From an uncultured Candidatus Saccharibacteria bacterium (GTDB taxonomy: Bacteria; Patescibacteriota; Doudnabacteria; UBA920), in NCBI GenBank assembly GCA_964512925.1, contig CAZEKH010000001.1, positions 200,226 through 264,225 of the forward strand: 64,000 nt of DNA, read 5' to 3'. The notes beneath the pieces were generated by a model, which had not been told where the DNA came from, made no database searches, and saw only the letters and a list, made by a program, of their open reading frames with translations. Both the position numbers and the translations under genes were made by a program. Positions 31,269-40,341 of this stretch are shown in pieces; position 1 is the stretch's first letter; every line of letters starts with the position of its first letter.

Positions 31269-32519
31269 ATGGCAAAAGAACAATACATCGTAGGTCTGGA
31301 CATTGGCACGCAAAATATGCGCGCGGTTCAAGCTAAGATAGACCGGGAAACCGGTAAATTTTCAGTTGTCGGATTAAGCGAAACTCCGTCTTTGGGTATG
31401 CGCAAAGGCCAGCTGGTAGACATAGAAGAAGCGGTATCGTGCATTTCTCAGGTTTTAGAGAAATTGGAAAGGATGACCGGCGTGCCTGTTTCTTCGGCCT
31501 ATGTATCCATCGGCGGCAGTCATATTTTGTCTATGAACTCACACGGCGTGATCGCCGTTTCTCGTCCGGACGGCGAGATCGCGGAAGCGGACATTGTCCG
31601 TTGCGTGGACGCCAGCCAAGCCATAGCTTTGCCGCAAAACCGGGAAGTTTTGCACGTGTTTCCGAAAAATTTTGTTCTGGACGGACAGACCGGGATAAAA
31701 GACCCTTTGGGTATGTCCGGCATCAGGCTTGAGGTGGATACCATTATAGTCCACGCGGGTCTGCCTTTTGTGCGCAATTTAAACAAAGCTGTTTTGCAGG
31801 CTGGGCTTGAAAGCGAAGAGTTGGTGTTAGCTCCGCTGGCCGCTTCAGAAGCAGTGTTGTCTAAAAAACAAAAAGAGCTGGGCGTATGTGTTTTGGATTT
31901 GGGCGCTGGTACAACCGGCCTGACTGTGTTTGAAGAAGGGGATTTGCTACATACCGCTGTTTTGCCTTTGGGCTGCCAACATATAACCAATGACATTGCT
32001 ATTGGGCTTAGAACTTCTGTGGAAACCGCGGAAAAAGTTAAACTTTTATACGGCCACGCAGACCCCAAGGCCGCGGAAAAAGGCGAAGAGATAGATCTGT
32101 CCAAGATTGACGCGCACGAAGTGGAAAGCGCGGACCGGCAATATGTTTTAGAGATCATTGAAGCGCGCCTGGAAGAAATTTTTCATTTGGTGTCCGGGGA
32201 ACTAAAAAAAATCTCCCGCGACGGCAAGTTGCCGGCTGGGGTGGTTTTGTGCGGCGGGGGAGCGGAGCTGCCCGGGATACTGGATTACGCGAAAAAAACA
32301 CTTCGCCTGCCTGCGGTTTTAGGCTCTGCCCAAAACATAGAAACCGTGATAGATCGCGCTTATGATCCGGCGCTTGCCACCGCAGTCGGACTTTTACTCT
32401 GGCAAAAACAGTATGGCAGCGGCGGAAGCTTCGGCTCGTCCTTCGGCTCTGTCACCAAAGCCTTCTCCGGCCCGGGAGTGGAAAAAGTAAAAAATTGGTT
32501 TAAAGCATTATTACCGTAA
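31269..32519 (+). CDS. ftsA: Cell division protein FtsA
   Basis: VGLDIGT, LDLGAGTT, ITNDIAIGL, GVVLCGGGA. Confidence 0.97.
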   Translation: MAKEQYIVGLDIGTQNMRAVQAKIDRETGKFSVVGLSETPSLGMRKGQLVDIEEAVSCISQVLEKLERMTGVPVSSAYVSIGGSHILSMNSHGVIAVSRPDGEIAEADIVRCVDASQAIALPQNREVLHVFPKNFVLDGQTGIKDPLGMSGIRLEVDTIIVHAGLPFVRNLNKAVLQAGLESEELVLAPLAASEAVLSKKQKELGVCVLDLGAGTTGLTVFEEGDLLHTAVLPLGCQHITNDIAIGLRTSVETAEKVKLLYGHADPKAAEKGEEIDLSKIDAHEVESADRQYVLEIIEARLEEIFHLVSGELKKISRDGKLPAGVVLCGGGAELPGILDYAKKTLRLPAVLGSAQNIETVIDRAYDPALATAVGLLLWQKQYGSGGSFGSSFGSVTKAFSGPGVEKVKNWFKALLP

Positions 32520-32526
32520 AAAATAT

Positions 32527-33435
32527 ATGGGAAAATTTTCATCAGCAATGGGTCATGCGGGCGAAGGCGTAAGCCGTGAAAAATATACAAGTCAAGAAAT
32601 AAGGCCAGATCAATTAGAAAAAATAAAAAATATCCCAACAGAGAAAGTTGCGATTGAAAGAGAGCCGCACGAGTCTTTTGAATTTGATTCAGATTTGATA
32701 ATTTATGATGCCCCTAACAAAAATCAGGATTTTTATGTTGAACAGCCGGAATTTGGTATGTATGGTGTTTTTGACGGACGTTTTGACGAGGGTAAAAATT
32801 ATTCAAAAAGTTTAGCTAAAATTGCTGGTAGGTTGGCAAAAAATATTAAGCCTGATATGGTTTTGGTTTTGTGGGAAAAAGCTGTAGAAAATTTTTTTAT
32901 AGAATTTGAAAAAGAAGCCAGTATAAGTGTTCCCATAAAAAAAGTAGGCATTTTCAAGAAAAAAATTCAACCGTTGGGAGATTCTACATCAACAATTCTA
33001 TTTTTTCACTCATCCGGTGAAGTGAGGGGTAAAAATCGCGGGGATTCGCCAGTTTATTTTTATGATATTAAAACTGGGTTATTAAAACAACAAACAGTTC
33101 CAACTTCTAAAATCGGAAAAGACGAAAAAGGTAGTACAATTTCTTATCCAGGGGGCTATTCCGGTGAAAATCAACAGCCATCCAATAATATCAAAACGAG
33201 GATTGGTTCCAATTCTTTAGTTTTACTTTCAACAGATGGCTGGATACAAACTAGCTATCAGAAAGGTTTGCGTCCAGAAGTTGATATACCTAAAGCTTTT
33301 AAAGCTTTAGGTGAAAATTTAACGCCAAAAAATGCCACTGAGGCGATACAAAAACTTTTAGAAAATCCAGAAGATGATGTAACTTTGTTTGCTATATTGC
33401 CCAGAAAAAAACAAAGTTCAGCCGCAGCAGGCTAG
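32527..33435 (+). CDS. PP2C/PPM phosphatase-like protein
   Basis: YGVFDG, NRGDSP, LLSTDG, EDDVT. Confidence 0.65.
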   Translation: MGKFSSAMGHAGEGVSREKYTSQEIRPDQLEKIKNIPTEKVAIEREPHESFEFDSDLIIYDAPNKNQDFYVEQPEFGMYGVFDGRFDEGKNYSKSLAKIAGRLAKNIKPDMVLVLWEKAVENFFIEFEKEASISVPIKKVGIFKKKIQPLGDSTSTILFFHSSGEVRGKNRGDSPVYFYDIKTGLLKQQTVPTSKIGKDEKGSTISYPGGYSGENQQPSNNIKTRIGSNSLVLLSTDGWIQTSYQKGLRPEVDIPKAFKALGENLTPKNATEAIQKLLENPEDDVTLFAILPRKKQSSAAAG

Positions 33436-33916
33436 TATATTTATATTTAAAATCACATAACAAAGACGCTTTTTGGCCTTCAAGAGGGCTTGACAAAAGC
33501 GTCTTTTTTATGTATATTATACAGTTACTTGATGGTATGATACTTGAATCAATTTCTCAGGTTTGTGTCATTCTGGAAACTCCTTAAGTTATAGGATTTA
33601 TACGGAATTTTAACTACTTGACTTGTTAATTTGAGAATTTGTAGATTATTTTGTCATCCCGGCCGATCCGCCAGCAGGCGGAGAGAGCCGGGATCCAGGG
33701 TTCTAAAGCACCTGCAAAATTAAATCCACACAAACATTTTAGCCTGGTTTTTTCAGATATTCATCTTAGTCTCCCTCTCCAATACTTGGAGAGGGACGGG
33801 GAGAGGTTAAGAATATCTCCAAACATCAGGCTGAAATCCAGCTTGAACCCCGCGTAAGCGAGGGAAGAAGTTGTGTTTCGGTCTAGCTCTTTCGATTTTT
33901 TGCCTGAGGAGGCACT

Positions 33917-35002
33917 ATGAAATTGCGTTTTTCTTGCGCCCTCGCGGCGCTTTTGCTGTTCGTTTTTGCTTCGGCTGCCCACGCGGCTGAAGATGTTGAA
34001 ATTTCGTTGGTTGGACAGCCGGGGGTGATGGACGCCCTTCAGGCGTCCGACCTAGAGCTCAACGAGCAGATTGGCGGGATTGAAAACCCTGCCAATCTTA
34101 TCAGCCAGCTTCATCTGGCTGATGGTTCTCGGGTTACGCCCGAGAATGCTCACACGCTTTCGGTCAAGTCAGTTTTTTTGAGCAGAAATGCTCAGGAAGA
34201 CGGCCCTGGCGCCGCTCGGTTCCTTGCCGAGTGCAACCGCCTCGCTACCACCCGGCAGCAGGCTATTGCCTCCGCCCGCCGTTCAGCCAACCGCATCGAT
34301 GCGGTTCAGTCCGAAGCGGACGACCGCCAGCTGCTCACGCAGATGGCGGAAATGCAGTCCGAAATCAACGCGCTCAACGAGCGCGTTGAAACTCTCGTCG
34401 AAGAAAAAACCGCCGCCGTTCAGCGTGCGGAAACCGCGGAGCAAAAACTAGCCGCCCTCCAAGCGGCTGGAACCCCGAAACCTTCATCGGCCGCCCCTCC
34501 GGCGACCGACACCCAGAAACAGTTCGAACCAGCTGGCACGAGCCAGAAGAAAGGTGTTTTGGCGGTTCGCCAGGTTGTGCCTCCGTGCCGACCCGGTGTC
34601 AACACTCGGCCGTGCAGTATGGCTGAGGTTGAAAAAACCATTTTAGAGCAGGAACTGGGGGGCATTATACCCCAAATCACAACGCTCTTAATAGTTTTGT
34701 TGATATTTTTCTCGGCCGCGATTGTTGCGGGTACGAGTGGTGCGTTCCAAGCGTGGGCTGATGTCTACGCCACGGTTAAAAAAGCTGGGAAACCCCAGCA
34801 ACCCATCGCGGCCTCAAATATCTATGCTGTTTTACAGCAGCAAGCCAATTTGGGAAATCCACCCAACCTAGAATCTTTAAAAAACCGGCGTCCCACATGG
34901 GAACGTAGAGAAAAAGATAGAAGGGATGGTGGCGACCGCAGGTCGCCAGAATCGGGTCAAGTCATTGAAATTTCGACCGACGCGAGTCGGGCAACAGGCT
35001 GA
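33917..35002 (+). CDS. Secreted/membrane coiled-coil hypothetical protein (GC-rich gene)
   Basis: SD GAGGAGG; signal peptide ending AHA; coiled coil; TM; ERR/DRR tail. Confidence 0.75.
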   Translation: MKLRFSCALAALLLFVFASAAHAAEDVEISLVGQPGVMDALQASDLELNEQIGGIENPANLISQLHLADGSRVTPENAHTLSVKSVFLSRNAQEDGPGAARFLAECNRLATTRQQAIASARRSANRIDAVQSEADDRQLLTQMAEMQSEINALNERVETLVEEKTAAVQRAETAEQKLAALQAAGTPKPSSAAPPATDTQKQFEPAGTSQKKGVLAVRQVVPPCRPGVNTRPCSMAEVEKTILEQELGGIIPQITTLLIVLLIFFSAAIVAGTSGAFQAWADVYATVKKAGKPQQPIAASNIYAVLQQQANLGNPPNLESLKNRRPTWERREKDRRDGGDRRSPESGQVIEISTDASRATG

Positions 35003-35270
35003 AAACGCAAAAAAAGTGAAAAAGGTCTCACCGCGGTTGCGGTGAGGTAAAGATCTCCATCGGCGCTATACGCGCCGCAAGTCAGGTAAACCCTGATGAT
35101 GAGATCCCTAAAATTCACAAAACACCAGCCGCTCCGATGTCCATCGGAGCGGCTTTTACATTGCAATATTTTATATGTTTTTACCTGACAATCTTATATA
35201 AATAAAATCTAAAAATTATTAACAACCCAAACCTCCAAAACCTCAAAAAAAACTGAAAAAACTGAAAAAA

Positions 35271-35336
35271 CTGAAAAAAATTTTGCTGTCAACTATGACA
35301 CATATGTGTTACGATTGACAGCAAAATTTTTTTCAG
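35271..35336. repeat. 38-bp palindrome copy 1 (core 35285-35322)
   Basis: GCTGTCAACTATGACACATATGTGTTACGATTGACAGC with perfect 22-bp outer arms. Confidence 0.92.
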
Positions 35337-35365
35337 GTATTTTGGATTAAATAACAAAAATATAT

Positions 35366-36025
35366 ATGGGTTACCATAAAAATTCATTTGTTTCTGAGAT
35401 TAACAATGCTACCGCTACTAACAAACCTGTTTTTGAGTTAAGCGATCAGCAAGTGGAGCAGTTTAAAACCGCATCAGCCTATGTTTTAGGAGTGGTGGGG
35501 GTTTTGGGTGTGGTGGCAGTAGCCGCAGTAGCTCCCAATTTGGTTGGCGCTATTTACAAAATTCATAAAACTTTCAAAAAGAAAAAGCCGCTTTTTCAAC
35601 AAAGGCAAAAGGCCGTGGCTGAAACATTCTTTTATCTGAAAAGGCATGGGTTTATAGATATTTCCAAAACTGAGAAGGGCTTTTTTGCAAACATAACTGA
35701 AAAAGGGAAAAAGCGTTTACTAAAATTGACTATGGACAATGTTTTTGTGCCGAAGCGCCAAAAATGGGATGGTAAATGGTGGCTGGTTGCAGCTGACGTG
35801 CCAACAAAGAAATATAGGGCCGGAGCGGATTCTTTGCGCAGAAAGATTAAACAAATGGGTTTATTTCCGCTTCAGAGGACAATGTGGTTTTATCCTTTTG
35901 ACCCTTCAGCACAAATAGAGTACATTGCCAATCATTTTGGCATTGGGAATTTTGTGACTGTGATGGAGGTTTCGCGTCTCGATAAAGAAGATGAAAAAAA
36001 ACTAAAGGATTTCTTTAAAATTTAA
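35366..36025 (+). CDS. PaaX-like protein (wHTH plus Cas2-like domain)
   Basis: LKRHGFI..ITEKGK; KWDGKWWLVAADVP...LRRKIKQMGLFPLQRTMWFYP. Confidence 0.8.
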   Translation: MGYHKNSFVSEINNATATNKPVFELSDQQVEQFKTASAYVLGVVGVLGVVAVAAVAPNLVGAIYKIHKTFKKKKPLFQQRQKAVAETFFYLKRHGFIDISKTEKGFFANITEKGKKRLLKLTMDNVFVPKRQKWDGKWWLVAADVPTKKYRAGADSLRRKIKQMGLFPLQRTMWFYPFDPSAQIEYIANHFGIGNFVTVMEVSRLDKEDEKKLKDFFKI

Positions 36026-36029
36026 TACT

Positions 36030-36079
36030 TGAATTGCTGTCAATCATAACACATATGTGTCATAGTTGACAGCAATTCA
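36030..36079. repeat. 38-bp palindrome copy 2 (core 36036-36073), inverted relative to copy 1
   Basis: Its reverse complement differs from copy 1 at one position. Confidence 0.92.
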
Positions 36080-36257
36080 GTGTTGTTTAGTAGCATTGGC
36101 AGAATTAGCATTGGCAGTGTTGTGGAGTTTTTAGGTGTATTTTGATTTTTGAAGTTATAAATTCATTCAAATGGCAACAATTTTGCTATCTAGTTCAGCT
36201 ATAAAAAAACCTCATAAATAAAGCAGAAAAACTGGTTAATTTGGTTTTAACAAACTC

Positions 36258-36286
36258 TTGACAAGTGGGGGTTTTTTTGTTATAAT
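36258..36286 (+). promoter_or_regulatory. Consensus sigma70 promoter followed by a ~68-nt hairpin
   Basis: TTGACA-17-TATAAT; hairpin 36293-36360. Confidence 0.75.
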
Positions 36287-36793
36287 GTTAAGTCATTATT
36301 ATCAGTGGCTTTTGGGATGGTGTTTTTAAAACATTTATCCCTAAAATCCGGTAGTAATGAAGCACATTTACAAACGCGGATTTTCGCAGACTGTAGCAAT
36401 ACAGCGCGGATTTTACGCGGAAATAGCGTTACTTATATATACGCGGACTTTGTAGACTGAACGCGGACTGACGCGGATCTTGGAAACAAGGCGCGGATTT
36501 CATGCGGATTCGGTACACAAGAAAAATCTTCATAAACATTGTTCGTGTCCTTTGCGGTAAATGTCTTATTGCTTTTAACAGAGGTTCGACCTCTCCCGCC
36601 CCGATGTCCATCGGGGCACCCTCCCCAGGCCTGGGGAGGGTAAGAAGAATAGGACTATTGCTGCAAAGGACACAAATCCTTTGGTGAATTTGAGTTTGGT
36701 TTTTTTAAGTTTTTCTGCCCGTCACTTCTGCCGCTTGGCAAAAAGGACGAGGCATAACAAGAAATTGATCGAAATCTGTCTTAGGAGACTACA

Positions 36794-37426
36794 ATGTTTG
36801 GAAAAAAGAGTTCGTTCATTCTTGCCGCGGCTTTCGCGGCTTCCACGATGATCGCGCCCGTTATGGCGCAAAACCAGTTTTTGCCCACGACGGTAAACCC
36901 ACCGGCAACGGTGACCCCGGCCGCAGGTGGGCAGGTGATTTTCCTGCCTCTTGCACCACAGGCGCAACCCGCGCCACCGCCCGCAGCTTCGATTGCGACC
37001 TGTCCGGCTCCGCCGGCGGGTATGCAGATCACTTGCACCCCGGTGCAAGGCACTCAACAAGCTTGCTGCAATACGCAAACTTCTACGGCTTCGGTTGTGT
37101 GGTGGTCCACAATGTGGACGCCGTTAATCATTTTGACCTTACTAGGCATCTTGGGCTATTGGCTAACCCACCGCCGCGCAGCCGCTCCGGTCAACCAGAT
37201 GGTAGGCCAAGCAAACGTGGTCTGGCAGCCGCCTACTGTCACGGTTTCGGCCGTGCCATTTGTGGTTGGCGGACCTCAACCAGTTTTTCCAGGAGCTCCG
37301 GCTCCTGTCCGCCCGGTTGGCGCGCCTCGTCCGGCTCCTGCGGCAGGTAACTGTCGGCATTGCGGACAACCGCATCCTGCAGCAAGCATTTTCTGCCCCA
37401 CCTGTGGTGGGCAACTCATGCCGTAG
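36794..37426 (+). CDS. Pro-rich exported membrane protein with C-terminal zinc ribbon
   Basis: SD TAGGAG; signal peptide; TM; CRHCG...FCPTCG. Confidence 0.75.
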   Translation: MFGKKSSFILAAAFAASTMIAPVMAQNQFLPTTVNPPATVTPAAGGQVIFLPLAPQAQPAPPPAASIATCPAPPAGMQITCTPVQGTQQACCNTQTSTASVVWWSTMWTPLIILTLLGILGYWLTHRRAAAPVNQMVGQANVVWQPPTVTVSAVPFVVGGPQPVFPGAPAPVRPVGAPRPAPAAGNCRHCGQPHPAASIFCPTCGGQLMP

Positions 37427-37452
37427 GCGGTAGTTTGAAAAAGGAAAAAATC

Positions 37453-38016
37453 ATGAAAGTTATATTCGTTCTCCTTTTTTCTCTGGGCGTCATGAACGCC
37501 CAGAGCGTGATAACTGCCGTGCCTTGCACGGTCGGCGGGCAAACCGGTTGGTGCGCAATTTTGCCGCCGGTACAATCCCTGGCCGCACAGCCCGCGCCAC
37601 CGCCTGCTCCGAGACCGCAGCCAACCAGAGTATTCGATCCAAAAGATCGGGCACTTCTGGAGAAAATCGTCGCCCTTGCCGAACGGCAAGGATCGGTTGT
37701 CACGGTTCAGCCCCACCAGGCCGCACAGACCGTCGCTACTCCATCCGTCTCCCAGCCACAACAACCGGTCGTTCAGTCGATCGTGTCCCAGAAGACAATG
37801 GACACTATCGACCGTCGGCTGACTGCCTTGGAAACAGGGCAGAATACCCATGCCGAGAGGATTAACCAGATCGGCGACCGAGTGGTCGCCGTAGAGGGTC
37901 GTGCCAACGAGGCTCTGTCCGCCGCCCAAGCGACGGCGAATGCAGAGCAGCAGCTCCGCAACGCCGTACGCCAGTACGGCACAAAGGACCTGAAAAAGGT
38001 TCTGAACAAGAAGTAA
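37453..38016 (+). CDS. Secreted Pro-rich coiled-coil hypothetical protein
   Basis: Signal peptide MKVIFVLLFSLGVMNA; AQPAPPPA shared with the upstream protein. Confidence 0.7.
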   Translation: MKVIFVLLFSLGVMNAQSVITAVPCTVGGQTGWCAILPPVQSLAAQPAPPPAPRPQPTRVFDPKDRALLEKIVALAERQGSVVTVQPHQAAQTVATPSVSQPQQPVVQSIVSQKTMDTIDRRLTALETGQNTHAERINQIGDRVVAVEGRANEALSAAQATANAEQQLRNAVRQYGTKDLKKVLNKK

Positions 38017-38336
38017 CGCTATTTATCTAACACTTCAATCTTGATTTTTTCCCTTGCTTACATCAGTTAAGCGAGGCAATCAGAAGTGTTAGGTACGAAA
38101 AACGAGGGGGAGAGCAGATGCAATGTCTGTCTCTCCCCCTCAATTCCTTTATTTCAAGTACAACCTCTCTGTCCCGATCTGATCGGGACATCTCTCCTCC
38201 GCCAGCTGGCGGATTGGGGAGAAAAATATTGAATACTGCTTTGGGATTTATGATTTAGAGTTGCAACCTCTCCCCAACCCTCCCCTCAGTAGGGGAGGGA
38301 GTAAGGATGTTGAACTCTGAAATGTGGGTCTTGATA

Positions 38337-38573
38337 TTAGAAAGGAATAGGGATACCAACTTTGTCTGCTACTAGTTTCGCCCATTCTTCCAGCCTTTGA
38401 ATTTTTTTGTGGTTGACTGTTAGTTCTTCGTGAATGGTTTTGGTAAGATGGGATAAATTTGTAAGAGCGGTAGAATGAACATTTAAAGTTTCTTTAATTT
38501 CTTTAAATTGAGCATCTACTTCGGCAAATTTTTCATCCAAATATGTAAAAATTGATTGTAAATTTATATCCAT
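38337..38573 (-). CDS. Small coiled-coil hypothetical protein
   Basis: 78 aa heptad pattern ending KVGIPIPF. Confidence 0.65.
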   Translation of the reverse strand: MDINLQSIFTYLDEKFAEVDAQFKEIKETLNVHSTALTNLSHLTKTIHEELTVNHKKIQRLEEWAKLVADKVGIPIPF

Positions 38574-39093
38574 AAAGTTACTGAATGAATTGTTGTAAAA
38601 GTATTATAACAATTAACAAAATGAGTGGCAAATTATGTGGATTTAATGAGGGTTTGGGTGAGAGTATGGAAATTGGTGCATTAACCAAGTCTGTAACCTC
38701 ACCCCAGCCCTCTCCGAACCGGAGAGGGAGGGAAATGCAAGATTCCCGTATGCACGGGAATGACAGAGACAAGTAAGGAATGACAAATAAAGTTAGGAGG
38801 ATGTTCTTTAAAAATTTAGCGTTTGTTTTTTGGTAGCACCCTCTCTGTCCCGATCTGATCGGGACATCTCCCCCCAAAGGGGGAGAGAAAAAGGAAGGTC
38901 TATCCGGACGCGTAGGAAAGATTTGTATTTTTCCCCCTCTCTTAAGATAAGAGAGGGTTGGGGTGAGTTATGAAACTTCATAACCCCCTCCATCTCCCCC
39001 TTACCTTAAGGGGGAGGGTGATATAGTTTTTCCCGCGCGTCCGGAAATCCCGAAGGGGAAATTCCGTCCGGATCGCAGAAACGGAGGTGCGAA

Positions 39094-39852
39094 ATGCTCG
39101 CACTCGTCCTTTTTCTCTTTTCCGTCGGAATGGGCTCCCTTGGGGCTCAGACCGGCACAATTCGACTCTTGAAACCGAGGGTGGACAGCCCAACGGCGAT
39201 GCGTCGTTGCGGTGTGGTGCTTGAAGACATGAAGGCGGAGAAAAATTTGACCCGCCAATATGTTTTCACCGGTGAGGAAGTTCTCACCGGCATGCATTAT
39301 TGTGCCGAGGGACAGCACCCTCTCGTGGACGACCGAAATTCCTACCGTGTCCCTGCGGGAACGGTGGGATGGTTGTCCGACGACGGCAAGTCCGTTGTTC
39401 TGGAGGAGTGTGTAAATGAGGCGGTCTGTGAGGGCTGCCCCCCCACGCCTCCACCACCCCCTCCGCCACGTATTGAAATTGTTGAGCTCCATATTTCTGA
39501 GGGGATTGCACTCGTGGAGCTCAACGATATGCCGGCGCCGGCAGCACTCATCCTGCCCGGCCCGCTGTCTGACCTCACGCTTCCCCAGCACCGGAAACGG
39601 GACTGGGTGAAGTATGTTCCCTGCGTTGGTTTAGCTGCAAAGCGAACCAAGGGCAGGGCGGTGTATTGTGTCGTGGTGGCGGGTGCCGTAGTTGGCGGCT
39701 ACTTTGCCCTTGCCGGGCATGGAGCCGCTGCGGTGCTCAAACCCGCACCGGGCACCTTGCCGGGCGGGGGCACTCACACCCCCAGACTTCCTGGCATCAG
39801 TGCCAGGCCAGGCCTGACTTTCCGGGATCTTTTGATCCCGGCTCGCTCGTAA
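39094..39852 (+). CDS. Secreted Cys/Pro-rich hypothetical protein with C-terminal hydrophobic segment
   Basis: SD GGAGG; signal peptide; poly-Pro; TM. Confidence 0.7.
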   Translation: MLALVLFLFSVGMGSLGAQTGTIRLLKPRVDSPTAMRRCGVVLEDMKAEKNLTRQYVFTGEEVLTGMHYCAEGQHPLVDDRNSYRVPAGTVGWLSDDGKSVVLEECVNEAVCEGCPPTPPPPPPPRIEIVELHISEGIALVELNDMPAPAALILPGPLSDLTLPQHRKRDWVKYVPCVGLAAKRTKGRAVYCVVVAGAVVGGYFALAGHGAAAVLKPAPGTLPGGGTHTPRLPGISARPGLTFRDLLIPARS

Positions 39853-39948
39853 GAGCGGGACAAACGCTGAACCTTGTTTTTCTCGGCGGACTTAAAAAAT
39901 CCGCCGAGAAAACTTTCTTTTTTTCTTTTTTTATGCTTTAATAAATAT

Positions 39949-40311
39949 ATGCATACTTCAACTAAACAAAAATATTCACCGCTTAAGGCTTCAAAATTAC
40001 CTGAGTTAAAAATCCCGACAGGGATCCATGAGTTTTTAGAAGAGCTTTTGGAAGATGGAGGATTTGAAGAGTCAGCTTCGGAAATAAAAGTTATGATGCT
40101 TAACGATCTTTTTTTAGATTTGCAAAATAAAATATTTTTATCGCTTTCCGAAGCTTTTTCAGAAGACCAACTTGAAACATATATAAAAATGTCAGCAATT
40201 GATCAAGATCAGGCAGTTAAATTTGCCCAGGAAACCTTGCCTAACTACGAAGCAGTTATAAACGGTTCTTTGGCTGAATTTAAAAAAGCGTTTTTGAATG
40301 CAGGAAAATAA
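39949..40311 (+). CDS. Small acidic helical protein (DUF5663-like)
   Basis: Recalled resemblance to a common CPR family; not verified. Confidence 0.55.
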   Translation: MHTSTKQKYSPLKASKLPELKIPTGIHEFLEELLEDGGFEESASEIKVMMLNDLFLDLQNKIFLSLSEAFSEDQLETYIKMSAIDQDQAVKFAQETLPNYEAVINGSLAEFKKAFLNAGK

Positions 40312-40341
40312 TCCCTGTATTTTTATTTAATTTATTTTCAA

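Noticed and set aside
35085-35115. Hammerhead ribozyme (CTGATGA)
   Set aside because: No correctly placed GAAA or stem II; the CTGA is paired in a hairpin
35271-36079. CRISPR array or true cas2 locus
   Set aside because: Only two nearby repeats, inverted and separated by a gene; no spacer array and no cas1
36374-36512. CRISPR-like array of CGCGGA units
   Set aside because: Units are too short and irregularly spaced
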